Origin: Armatimonadia bacterium | GTDB taxonomy: Bacteria; Armatimonadota; Zipacnadia; Zipacnadales; UBA11051 | Assembly: GCA_039683575.1 (NCBI GenBank) | Contig: JBDKRC010000312.1 | Span: 1-20,169, forward strand | DNA: 20,169 nucleotides | Reading direction: 5' to 3' | Shown: positions 7,998-15,346 of the stretch, piece by piece | Numbering within the stretch: the stretch's first letter is position 1 | How the letters are laid out: every line of letters starts with the position of its first letter | The notes under the pieces: generated by a model | Databases searched by the model: none | Seen by the model: only the letters and a program-made list of their open reading frames with translations | Told to the model about the DNA's origin: nothing | Made by a program: the position numbers and the translations under genes

Positions 7998-8807
7998 TTA
8001 TCCGAAGTACTTCTCGAGGGCCTCTGCCACGCCCTCTTCCTCGTGTTCCGGCACGAAATCCGCGGCCTCGCGCGTCAGTTCGTGAGCCCTGGGCATCGCC
8101 ACGCCGACCCCGGCCCAGGCGATCATCGGCTGGTCGTTGAGGTTGTCGCCGATGGCCATAACCTGCTCGCGCTTGAGCCCCAGGTGCCCAGCCAGCCACT
8201 CTACGGCATGGCCCTTGGAGGCGTCCTTGCTCAGGAACTCAATGTACTCGGGCATGGATCGGGTGACATACACCCGGTCGGAGAACTCCGCCTGTAACAG
8301 CGGCAAAAGCCGGTCGCATTCGTGCGGGTACGCTGTCAGAAGCAGCTTGGTCGGCGAATTGCCGTCGAAGCGTCGGAAATCGCCCACCGGCACCGTCAGA
8401 TCACCCGTCCGGCTGTGATACAGCCACGCCCAGTGGTCCACACGGAGCGTGTAGAGCACATCATCGAGGTAGTAGTTCATGCTGAACCACTGCTCTACGC
8501 CGTACTGCACGATCTCAGCGGCCAGATCAGCCTGCAGTGGCACATGCAGCATAGGCTCTTCCGCGTCCGGTAGCCGCACCATGGCGCCATTGTAGGAGAT
8601 GATTGGCGTGCTGCCATCAATCCCAAGGTGACTGACGAATTTGCGGGCGCTGGTGTGCATCCGGCCGGTGGCGATGGCCACGGTCACGCCCTTGTCCTGC
8701 ACCATCTTCAGGGCGCGGATGTTGCGCTCGGGGATATGGTCTCCGTGCACAAGCGTGCCATCGAGGTCAATGGTAATGAGTTTGATATCTGCCAACAAAA
8801 CGAACAT
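7998..8807 (-). CDS. Cof-type HAD-IIB family phosphatase
   Basis: Motif I DLDGTL, motif II ATGR, ISYNGA, SKG, motif IV GDNLND. The start may instead be TTG at 8798 or 8795. Confidence 0.92.
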   Translation of the reverse strand: MFVLLADIKLITIDLDGTLVHGDHIPERNIRALKMVQDKGVTVAIATGRMHTSARKFVSHLGIDGSTPIISYNGAMVRLPDAEEPMLHVPLQADLAAEIVQYGVEQWFSMNYYLDDVLYTLRVDHWAWLYHSRTGDLTVPVGDFRRFDGNSPTKLLLTAYPHECDRLLPLLQAEFSDRVYVTRSMPEYIEFLSKDASKGHAVEWLAGHLGLKREQVMAIGDNLNDQPMIAWAGVGVAMPRAHELTREAADFVPEHEEEGVAEALEKYFG

Positions 8808-8875
8808 CCCTTCCGTAACAGCACACGAGCGATCTCCGCTGACGACCGGAGATCGCTCGCACAAGTGTGCGACTT

Positions 8876-8905
8876 AGTATACCACAACATGCGACAATGC
8901 GCCAA
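8876..8905 (-). promoter_or_regulatory. Probable promoter for the HAD gene
   Basis: Minus strand TTGGCG, 18-bp spacer, TATACT with an extended -10 TG. Confidence 0.5.
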
Positions 8906-8911
8906 CGCTAC

Positions 8912-8949
8912 GGGACCGCTCGCCCGCGCGGGGCAGGCGAGGGCGTCCC
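8912..8949. repeat. Degenerate REP-like hairpin
   Basis: GGGACCGCTCGCCCGC...GCAGGCGAGGGCGTCCC is an imperfect inverted repeat sharing the core GCCCGCG..GGGCAGGCGAG with the element at 11434-11489. Confidence 0.55.
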
Positions 8950-8961
8950 TATTGGATCAAC

Positions 8962-9837
8962 CTACTTGAGGTTTGCGATCATGGCCTTGATCTTGTCGAG
9001 GCAGATGCGGCTGCTCTCTTCGCCGCCGGCGCTGAAGGCTGCGCCGCCGGGGCGGTTCATCGCTTCCTCGGACAGCGCCGAGGAGATCCGCCAGTGGGTC
9101 TCGAGCGAGCATGCGCCCTCATAGCCCATGTCCTTGAGCGCCTGGAACTGGGCCGGGTAGTCAATGTAGCCGCCGTCGCCTACGGGTACGCAGCGGGCGC
9201 CACCCTCGGCTTCGGGGTCCTTGACGGCATCCTTGATGTGCATGTGGATCAGCCAGGGCTTCATGCGCTCCCAGGCGTTCGGGAAGGGCAGTTCGCCACC
9301 CTCGGCGTAGACTTCATTGGCGGGGTCCCAGATCGCCCGCACGCGCGGGTTGTTGAGCGCCTTGTACATCCGCTCCGCTTCCGCAGCGCTGCCGATGTGG
9401 GTGCTGGCCTCGTTCTCGATCCCGATGTAGATGTCTTCCTGCTCGCAGATCTCGATGGGCTTGATATAGCTGTCGAGAAGCTGCTGCCAGACGGCCTCAG
9501 CGGGCCCGGTCTTCCAGAATGTGAAACCGCGGACGATCTTGCAGCCGAACAGGTGGCACATCTCGGCGCAGCGCCGCAGGATGCCCAGGTGCTCCTGGTA
9601 AGCGGCTTCGTCGCCGAGGTCGCACTTCAGGAACGGCGCGGCGATGGCGGCGACGCCCATCCCGGCGGCGTCGAGAATCTGCTTCATCTGCTGGAGTTGG
9701 TCATCCGTGAGCCTATGACCGGGCGTATCCCATATCGAACGCGGCTCGACCAGCGGGACGCCATACTCGCTGCATACATCTACCACGCGCTGGAAGTCCT
9801 GCGAGATCTCATCCGAGATTACACTGAGTTTGAACAT
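8962..9837 (-). CDS. Sugar phosphate isomerase/epimerase (xylose isomerase-like TIM barrel, AP endonuclease family 2)
   Basis: ISDEIS start, IENE, WDPAN, HMHIKD, VGDG.IDY and SLETH metal-binding motifs. Confidence 0.9.
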   Translation of the reverse strand: MFKLSVISDEISQDFQRVVDVCSEYGVPLVEPRSIWDTPGHRLTDDQLQQMKQILDAAGMGVAAIAAPFLKCDLGDEAAYQEHLGILRRCAEMCHLFGCKIVRGFTFWKTGPAEAVWQQLLDSYIKPIEICEQEDIYIGIENEASTHIGSAAEAERMYKALNNPRVRAIWDPANEVYAEGGELPFPNAWERMKPWLIHMHIKDAVKDPEAEGGARCVPVGDGGYIDYPAQFQALKDMGYEGACSLETHWRISSALSEEAMNRPGGAAFSAGGEESSRICLDKIKAMIANLK

Positions 9838-9911
9838 TGACTGTCACCCTTCGCAATTGTTGAAACGCTCAGTTCCCCAGGCGTCACCGGATTACCTTCT
9901 GGTGGGGCCCT

Positions 9912-9935
9912 ATGGGAGGGGTCTCCGACCCCGAC
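9912..9935 (+). repeat. REP-like element
   Basis: ATGGGAGGGGTCTCCGACCCCGAC: GTGG-like foot plus a GGGGTC/GACCCC hairpin. 18/20 identical to 2934-2953. Confidence 0.55.
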
Positions 9936-9939
9936 TGCC

Positions 9940-10344
9940 TTAGCTGCGCTGCACGAAGTTCATCCGCAGTGTCGCCAGAAGCTGATCCAGTTCGCGCTTT
10001 TCGGCGACCTGCAGGTTGTCTCCCAGAGCGTCTTTGAGGTAGGCGAGCGTATCAATCGCCAGCCGTGCCTGCTTGAGGTCTGTCTTGAGCTCTGTGGACC
10101 CCGGAGGCACTCGCAGGCCCATTTCGACCCACGCCTGCTCGGCCAGCATGTTCAGCATCAGCCGCAGCAGACCGTACGTGTCAAACTGCATCTGCGGCTC
10201 CGCTCCGTGCTGGTGGCTGTCCGGAGCTTCGGAGGCGGTGTCGGCTTCCATGGGGATGCCCTCCACCGATGGCTCTACATGCCCCTCATCTGTGTCGGTC
10301 ACTGCTTCTTCTGCCGGCTGCTGCTGCTCGCGATCATCAACCAT
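9940..10344 (-). CDS. DUF1844-like protein with an acidic disordered N-terminus
   Basis: AWVEMG...P......DLKQARLAIDTL...L...EKRELDQLLATLRMNFV matches the DUF1844 pattern. The GAGGTG RBS at 10351-10356 supports ATG 10344 (alternative 10350). Confidence 0.8.
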   Translation of the reverse strand: MVDDREQQQPAEEAVTDTDEGHVEPSVEGIPMEADTASEAPDSHQHGAEPQMQFDTYGLLRLMLNMLAEQAWVEMGLRVPPGSTELKTDLKQARLAIDTLAYLKDALGDNLQVAEKRELDQLLATLRMNFVQRS

Positions 10345-10357
10345 CGTCATCACCTCT

Positions 10358-11404
10358 TCAAGACAAACCAAGTCCTTGAACCTCGACGAGAGTTCCCGTA
10401 GAAGTATACTCAAACTCGGTCCCGACGTGTAGTAGCTGTTCGATCACCCAGGCATTTGTCTCAAGGTGTCCGGTCAGCCTTGGCGACAGATAGACCGAGC
10501 GCCCCTCGGCCAGCACGGCGTATAGCAGCAACTGGTCCGCCAGCCTCTCGTCCACCGTCGCCTCAGAGCCCAGGAAGGCCCGCAGGGCTTCCCCGGTTTC
10601 GGCGCCCACCTGTTCGGCGGGCTTGCCGCGCTCACCCAGGCTGGTGAAGCCCCCCGCGCCGCTGGCGAACCTCACCGCTGCAAAGCAGGTGGTGCCGTGC
10701 GAGTGGGACGGCTCGTGGTGCTGCTCGCATGGCAGCGCAAGGCGCTTTCCCAGCGCCTCCTGCAGGCCCTGGCACTGCCGCTGTGCGATATGCATGGGCA
10801 GCTTCTCCGAGACCAGGCTGTGAGCGACCGCGCCGGTTATCTCGCCCCGCTGGGTCCACTGTAGCGCCTGCAGCGGCCCCTGCAGTGGCTCGATCCAGGC
10901 CTGCACCTCGCCGCCGCCGGCGGGGTACCAGCCGTGCCTGCGGCACTCCAGCCGCGTACTTACGCCCATTTGGCGCACGGTTGGCAGAAAGACTTCGTCA
11001 AGGTAGTGGAAGATCGGGCTCCACGGCACATCGGTGCCGCCGTGGAGGACCAGGTGCGAGGGGCTAGCTGCGAATAGCAGTGGCGGTAGTACGGCCTGCA
11101 GCAGGAGGCTTGTAGACCCCGCGGTGCCGATGTCGAAATGGTACTCGCCCCCGGCGATGGGACCGGGATGGAGTTCGACCCGCTGCGAGCCAATCTCGGC
11201 GCCCCCCAGCTTGCCGCCGCACACTTCGGCGACGGCGCGGCAGGAGGTGAGATGCTGGGCTGCCAGACCTGGCTTGGCGCGACCGGCGCGGATGTTGATC
11301 AGGCGAACAGGCTGCCCGGCCACCGCCGCCACCGACAGCGCCGTGCGCAACATCTGGCCGCCGCCCTCGCCCTTTGAGCCATCAATCGTTATAATGTCGG
11401 TCAT
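10358..11404 (-). CDS. rtcA: RNA 3'-terminal phosphate cyclase
   Basis: IDGSKGEGGGQMLR, NIRAGR.KPGLAAQHL, GTAGS..L, GGTDV.WSP, GWYPAGGG, LADQL and the catalytic His in GHLETN. Confidence 0.95.
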   Translation of the reverse strand: MTDIITIDGSKGEGGGQMLRTALSVAAVAGQPVRLINIRAGRAKPGLAAQHLTSCRAVAEVCGGKLGGAEIGSQRVELHPGPIAGGEYHFDIGTAGSTSLLLQAVLPPLLFAASPSHLVLHGGTDVPWSPIFHYLDEVFLPTVRQMGVSTRLECRRHGWYPAGGGEVQAWIEPLQGPLQALQWTQRGEITGAVAHSLVSEKLPMHIAQRQCQGLQEALGKRLALPCEQHHEPSHSHGTTCFAAVRFASGAGGFTSLGERGKPAEQVGAETGEALRAFLGSEATVDERLADQLLLYAVLAEGRSVYLSPRLTGHLETNAWVIEQLLHVGTEFEYTSTGTLVEVQGLGLS

Positions 11405-11433
11405 TGTGCCACCAACCGGCGTTCCTACCTGCT

Positions 11434-11489
11434 ACAGTAGCGCGGGCGGCCCGCCCGCGTCCGGGCAGGCGAGCCGCCTGCCCCACTGT
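11434..11489. repeat. Inverted REP pair (REPIN/BIME-like) in the divergent rtcA-tsaE spacer
   Basis: GTAGCGCGGGCGGCCCGCCCGC (+, 11437-11458) and GTGGGGCAGGCGGCTCGCCTGC (-, 11486-11465). Each has a GTAG/GTGG foot plus a hairpin, and ACAGT/ACTGT close the outer ends. Confidence 0.7.
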
Positions 11490-11563
11490 GGCTCTAGTCA
11501 CTTGCCCTGATGAGACATTACGCCCGCAGGGACATTTGCCGCCTGTCACGAAGAAGATAACAG

Positions 11564-12046
11564 ATGACGGTTTCCGATTCCATCACTATTACCACCGAAT
11601 CACCAGAGGAGACCCAGCGTCTCGGCCGCTGCCTCGGCCCCGGTCTTCGCAGCGGCGACGTGATAGCCCTGCATGGAGACCTTGGCGCAGGGAAGACTTG
11701 TTTTGTTCAGGGCCTGGCCCATGGCATGGAAGTCACGGGTCGCGTCAGCAGTCCCACCTTCATCATCATGCGCCGCCACAACCCCGGCCAGGGCGACGTC
11801 TCGCTCTACCATGTAGACGCCTACCGCCTCGTCAGCGGCGACGAGCTTTGGGAAATGGGGATCGAGGACTGGCTTTACAATGGGGTAGTGGTGATCGAAT
11901 GGGCTGAACTGGTGGCCGAGGCGCTGCCGCAGGACCATTTGGACGTCAAAATCGACATGCAGGACACGCACCGGGAGTTCAGATTTGTGGCGCATGGCAC
12001 GCGTAGCCGTCAGATCGTGGAGTATCTTCAGCGATGCAGGTTCTAG
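11564..12046 (+). CDS. tsaE: tRNA threonylcarbamoyladenosine biosynthesis ATPase TsaE
   Basis: Walker A GDLGAGKT, SSPTF, LYHVDAYRL, VIEWAE. Confidence 0.96.
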   Translation: MTVSDSITITTESPEETQRLGRCLGPGLRSGDVIALHGDLGAGKTCFVQGLAHGMEVTGRVSSPTFIIMRRHNPGQGDVSLYHVDAYRLVSGDELWEMGIEDWLYNGVVVIEWAELVAEALPQDHLDVKIDMQDTHREFRFVAHGTRSRQIVEYLQRCRF

Positions 12047-13266
12047 GGCTTGAGACTTCAGAATACGTCAGCAGCATAGCCTTGCTGCGCGACGGGGAGG
12101 TAGCTGGGGAGCAATCGTTCCCCAGCCGCATGAACCTGTGCGAGACGCTGACGGCACGGATACAGGAGCTACTGGGCGTGGAGCGAGCGTGTGAGGCGAA
12201 GCTCGAGGCCCTGGCGGTATCCCAGGGCCCCGGCTCCTTCACCGGCCTGCGCGTGGGCGTCGCCACCGCCAAGGCGCTGGCGCATGTCTGCCGGCTGCCG
12301 CTGGTCGGCGTTCCCACGCAGGAGGTCCTGGCGGCCGGTGCCCCCTTCGAGGTAGGGGAGAGGCTATGCGTCCTGCAGAAGGCCCGGCAGGGCCACGTCT
12401 ATGCGGGGCTTTGGGAAAAGACCAGGCAGGGCGCGCACGAAGTTCGACCGCTGCAGGTATTGCCCCTGACCGAGTTGTCCTCATACCTCGATGGCGAGCC
12501 TCTGCCGCTCATCGGTCCCGGAGCCGACGAAGCAGCCGATTTGCTGGACCAACTCGCGGCTGGCACCGTTCTCCGGGCGACCTTCCCCGAAGCGCGGTTC
12601 GTGGCGAAGCTGGCGGCGGCGCGACTGGCCTCCGGTGCCGAAGATTACCTCGACAATGCCCTCGGTCTGCAGCCGCTCTACCATCTGGCGTCACAGGCTG
12701 AGCGGCAGAAGAACATCGATGTCAGCAGCCCGGCCACTGAGGTCAAAATCCGCCGTGGCACACTGGACGATCTACCCGAGGTCGTGCGCATTGAGAACGC
12801 GAGCTTCAGCAGCCCCTGGTCAGAGATCTCGCTGCGAGAAGAACTGTCCGGCAGGCCGGGGACCATCCTCCTGATCATCGAGTGGAAGGGACGGGTGGCC
12901 GGATACGCGGGCGCGTGGGTCTTTGCGGGCGAGGCCCATGTCTGCACGATCGCGGTTGATCCTGAACTGCGCGGCCACGGCCTGGGCGAGTTGCTGCTGT
13001 TGTCGCTCCTGCACCAGGCGCTGGAGATGCGCGTTGAATACGCGGTGCTTGAGTACCGGGTCAGCAATACCCCCGCAGCCAAGCTTTACGAGAAGCTTGG
13101 CTTCACCTACGTCCACCTGCGCAAGCGATATTACCAGGACAACGACGAGGACGCGATTGTGGCGGCCTTGGCCGACCTCGGCACGCCGGAACGGCAGCGC
13201 TACCTGCGCGAGTTGCTCGAATCCTGGCCCACGCGGCGCAACTCCAAGGTCTCCTATGAATTCTGA
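12034..13266 (+). CDS. tsaB: TsaB - RimI (GNAT acetyltransferase) fusion protein
   Basis: The first ~230 aa carry LGLETS and GPGSFTGLRVG (TsaB). The C-terminal part carries IENASFSSPWS, IAVDP..RGHGLG, LEYRVSN..A..LYEKLGF...RKRYY....EDA (RimI). Single uninterrupted frame. Confidence 0.92.
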   Translation: MQVLGLETSEYVSSIALLRDGEVAGEQSFPSRMNLCETLTARIQELLGVERACEAKLEALAVSQGPGSFTGLRVGVATAKALAHVCRLPLVGVPTQEVLAAGAPFEVGERLCVLQKARQGHVYAGLWEKTRQGAHEVRPLQVLPLTELSSYLDGEPLPLIGPGADEAADLLDQLAAGTVLRATFPEARFVAKLAAARLASGAEDYLDNALGLQPLYHLASQAERQKNIDVSSPATEVKIRRGTLDDLPEVVRIENASFSSPWSEISLREELSGRPGTILLIIEWKGRVAGYAGAWVFAGEAHVCTIAVDPELRGHGLGELLLLSLLHQALEMRVEYAVLEYRVSNTPAAKLYEKLGFTYVHLRKRYYQDNDEDAIVAALADLGTPERQRYLRELLESWPTRRNSKVSYEF

Positions 13267-14281
13267 TCTGGTACTGGCGGTTGAGACTTCCTGTGACGAC
13301 ACCACCGCGGCGGTGGTGGCCGGTGGGCGCCGCGTGCTCTCGTCCATCGTCGCCTCGCAGGAAGATATCCACGCGCTCTTTGGCGGTGTCGTCCCCGAAG
13401 TCGCCTCTCGCAAGCACACGGAAGCCATCACCGCGGTTGTCCAGAGGGCGCTGGATGAGGCCAAAGTCACCTGGAGCGACCTCGGCGGCCTCGCCGTGAC
13501 GAACGGCCCCGGCCTGATCGGCTCGCTGCTCGTGGGCGTGAGCGCCATGAAGGCTTACTGCCTGGCGCTGGGGTTGCCGCTGGTGGGGGTCAACCACCTC
13601 GAGGCCCACCTCAACTCGAACTTCTGCGATCTGCCGGACTACGAGGGCGCACCGGAGGATTTCCCGGCGGTGACGCTCGTAGCCTCGGGCGGCCACAGCG
13701 ACCTGTCGCTTATGCACTCCCGCCAGGAGACGGAGTTGCTCGGCTGCACACGCGACGATGCGGCGGGCGAGGCGCTCGACAAGGCCGCACGGTTGCTTGA
13801 GCTGGGCTACCCCGGGGGCCCCGCCATCCAGCGCGCCGCCGAACAGGGCGAGCCGCGCTTCGACCTGCCTCGCCCGGTCATCGAGGGCAGCCTCGACTTC
13901 TCCTTCTCGGGCTTGAAGACTGCGCTGCTCCGCGTGCTCCAGCAACTCCGCAAGCAGGACGGGCCGCTTCCGGTCGACGACCTCGCTGCCTCGTTCCAGC
14001 GTGCGGTCGTGGACACCCTCGTACGCAATGTCCGTCAGGCTGCCGAGGATCACCAGCCGCGGCAGATACTCCTCGCCGGAGGCGTCGCGGCTAACAAGCT
14101 GTTGCGGCAGGAACTTGCGAACCTGGGTGAGACCCTCGGTATCCCCGTCCGGTATCCCCCCTTCAAGCTCTGCACAGACAACGCCGCCATGGTCGGCGCG
14201 GCGGGCTGGTTTGCCCTCCAGCAAGGCCATCATGACAACCTCGCGCTGGATGTCTACTCTGCGATGGAGGGCTGCCGGTAG
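13256..14281 (+). CDS. tsaD: tRNA N6-adenosine threonylcarbamoyltransferase TsaD
   Basis: VETSCDDT, GGVVPEVASRKH, GPGL.GSL.VG, NHLEAH, SGGHS, DDAAGEA.DK, FSFSGLKT, GGVAAN, CTDNAAM. ATG 13256 overlaps the end of tsaB-rimI. Confidence 0.96.
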   Translation: MNSDLVLAVETSCDDTTAAVVAGGRRVLSSIVASQEDIHALFGGVVPEVASRKHTEAITAVVQRALDEAKVTWSDLGGLAVTNGPGLIGSLLVGVSAMKAYCLALGLPLVGVNHLEAHLNSNFCDLPDYEGAPEDFPAVTLVASGGHSDLSLMHSRQETELLGCTRDDAAGEALDKAARLLELGYPGGPAIQRAAEQGEPRFDLPRPVIEGSLDFSFSGLKTALLRVLQQLRKQDGPLPVDDLAASFQRAVVDTLVRNVRQAAEDHQPRQILLAGGVAANKLLRQELANLGETLGIPVRYPPFKLCTDNAAMVGAAGWFALQQGHHDNLALDVYSAMEGCR

Positions 14282-14317
14282 ACCTCATTCACCGCCCCCC
14301 TCAAACGGCCGTTCGCT

Positions 14318-14329
14318 GAACAAATGTAC
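14318..14329. promoter_or_regulatory. LexA (SOS) box-like site
   Basis: GAAC-AAAT-GTAC resembles the Gram-positive/Chloroflexi-type GAAC-N4-GTTC/GTAC box and abuts a -10-like TATGAT (14331-14336). Confidence 0.4.
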
Positions 14330-14345
14330 GTATGATTTGGTTGAA

Positions 14346-14558
14346 TTATACCCCTGTTTCACATCTCGCAGCCTTTGCCCCTCCCCGTGCAAAATGTGGA
14401 AAACCCCGTTGATAACCGCCGTTTCAGGCCCTGAAAATGTGGAAAAGTCGTGAAAACGGTGATCTTGGCGGAGAGCACCGTTCATGCTACGTTTGAGCGG
14501 CAGGGCGCTGCTGACGAAAATGGGGACAGAGCTTCTGGCCCTGTCCCCATGTTGAAAA
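14346..14558. promoter_or_regulatory. Cluster of DnaA-box-like 9-mers
   Basis: TGTGGAAAA at 14395-14403 and 14438-14446 (9/9 to TGTGNAWAA), TGTTTCACA 14355-14363 and TGTTGAAAA 14550-14558 (8/9), CGTGCAAAA 14386-14394 (8/9), CGTTGATAA 14407-14415 and TTATACCCC 14346-14354 (7/9). Confidence 0.6.
14520..14550 (-). terminator. Hairpin downstream of the methyltransferase (probable terminator)
   Basis: ATGGGGACAG-11 nt-CTGTCCCCAT forms a 10-bp perfect stem. On the minus strand it runs into TTTT. Confidence 0.55.
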
Positions 14559-14578
14559 CTCGCTACCTAACACGACCC

Positions 14579-15346
14579 TTACCGCCGCCGCAACACTACC
14601 AGATTGTCCCGCGAAATGTCCTTCAGCGGCCGCGTGCTGGAGCGCTCAAAGTAGCCCACGAACTCGAAATTCCCCTGCAACTGAACCAGTGACTTGAACT
14701 CTTGCGGCATGAACAGCTTCACTGCATCGCAATTCGCGAGGTGAAGCCGCTCCCCATGGTCATTTACCTGCATCTCCAGTGTGACCTGCGCGAGTTGTTC
14801 CAGCGGGTCCACCAGCTCCATCTGGAAGGTCGTCCTGACAGTGAGTCCGCCCTCCTTCATCTCCCAGGTCTCGGCCTTGCCGAACCTCGGATCAGACCAG
14901 TTGATCGCCAGGTTCTCCAGCAGATAGAGCCCACCGGGGTTGAGCGCCCGCCCCATCGTCGCGAGGTGCTGCAGCATCGCGTCGTTGTCGGTGATGAACT
15001 CGGTTGACCCCATCAGGATGAACGCGAAGTCAACGCGGCCCTCCAGGTCGAAGTCAACAATGTCAGCCTGGAAGGTCTCCACCGGCACTCCCTCGCGCTC
15101 TGCCCGTGCCGCGAGGTAACTCAGCATCTCCTCGCTCAGGTCCAGCCCTGTCGCGCGGTAGCCTCGCCGGGCGAACTCGCTGAGCTGCCGGCTCGGCCCG
15201 CAGCACAGGTCGAGCACGCTCCTCACCCCAATGCGGCTGTACGCGGCGATGAAGGCCTCGAACAGGTCCACCTGCTCGGGGATGTTGACGAAACTGAAGG
15301 CGAGGTCATAGTAGCGCGGTTGCTGGTAGACCGGGGATTCGTTCAT
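14579..15346 (-). CDS. Class I SAM-dependent methyltransferase
   Basis: YYD near the N-terminus, VLDLCCGPS (motif I), GLDLSEEML, ADIVDF, LNPGGLYLL. Start overlaps the mrp stop (ATGA). Confidence 0.9.
   Translation of the reverse strand: MNESPVYQQPRYYDLAFSFVNIPEQVDLFEAFIAAYSRIGVRSVLDLCCGPSRQLSEFARRGYRATGLDLSEEMLSYLAARAEREGVPVETFQADIVDFDLEGRVDFAFILMGSTEFITDNDAMLQHLATMGRALNPGGLYLLENLAINWSDPRFGKAETWEMKEGGLTVRTTFQMELVDPLEQLAQVTLEMQVNDHGERLHLANCDAVKLFMPQEFKSLVQLQGNFEFVGYFERSSTRPLKDISRDNLVVLRRR

Noticed and set aside
9858-9874. TGTTGAAACGCTCAGTT, LacI/cre-like operator upstream of the sugar isomerase
   Set aside because: Dyad symmetry is poor and there is no LacI-family gene in the window.
11413-11424. 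CAAC-CGGC-GTTC, a near-LexA box upstream of rtcA
   Set aside because: One half-site is mismatched, the spacer is GC-rich and there is no associated promoter, so it is plausible by chance.
12923-13255. 111-codon in-frame upstream extension of tsaD overlapping the RimI domain (possible frameshift fusion)
   Set aside because: The translation is Arg/Ser/Cys-rich shadow sequence, TsaD homology starts at ATG 13256, and I saw no slippery site. Long open off-frames are expected at high GC.
14391-14446. 13-bp direct repeat with a 30-bp spacer as a mini-CRISPR
   Set aside because: Only two copies, the repeat is far too short and there are no cas genes. It matches the DnaA box instead.
14285-14692. 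Small ORFs (66 aa minus, 80 aa plus) in the tsaD-methyltransferase spacer
   Set aside because: No convincing RBS or motif, atypical composition, and one overlaps the methyltransferase antisense. The DnaA-box-like repeats explain the region better.
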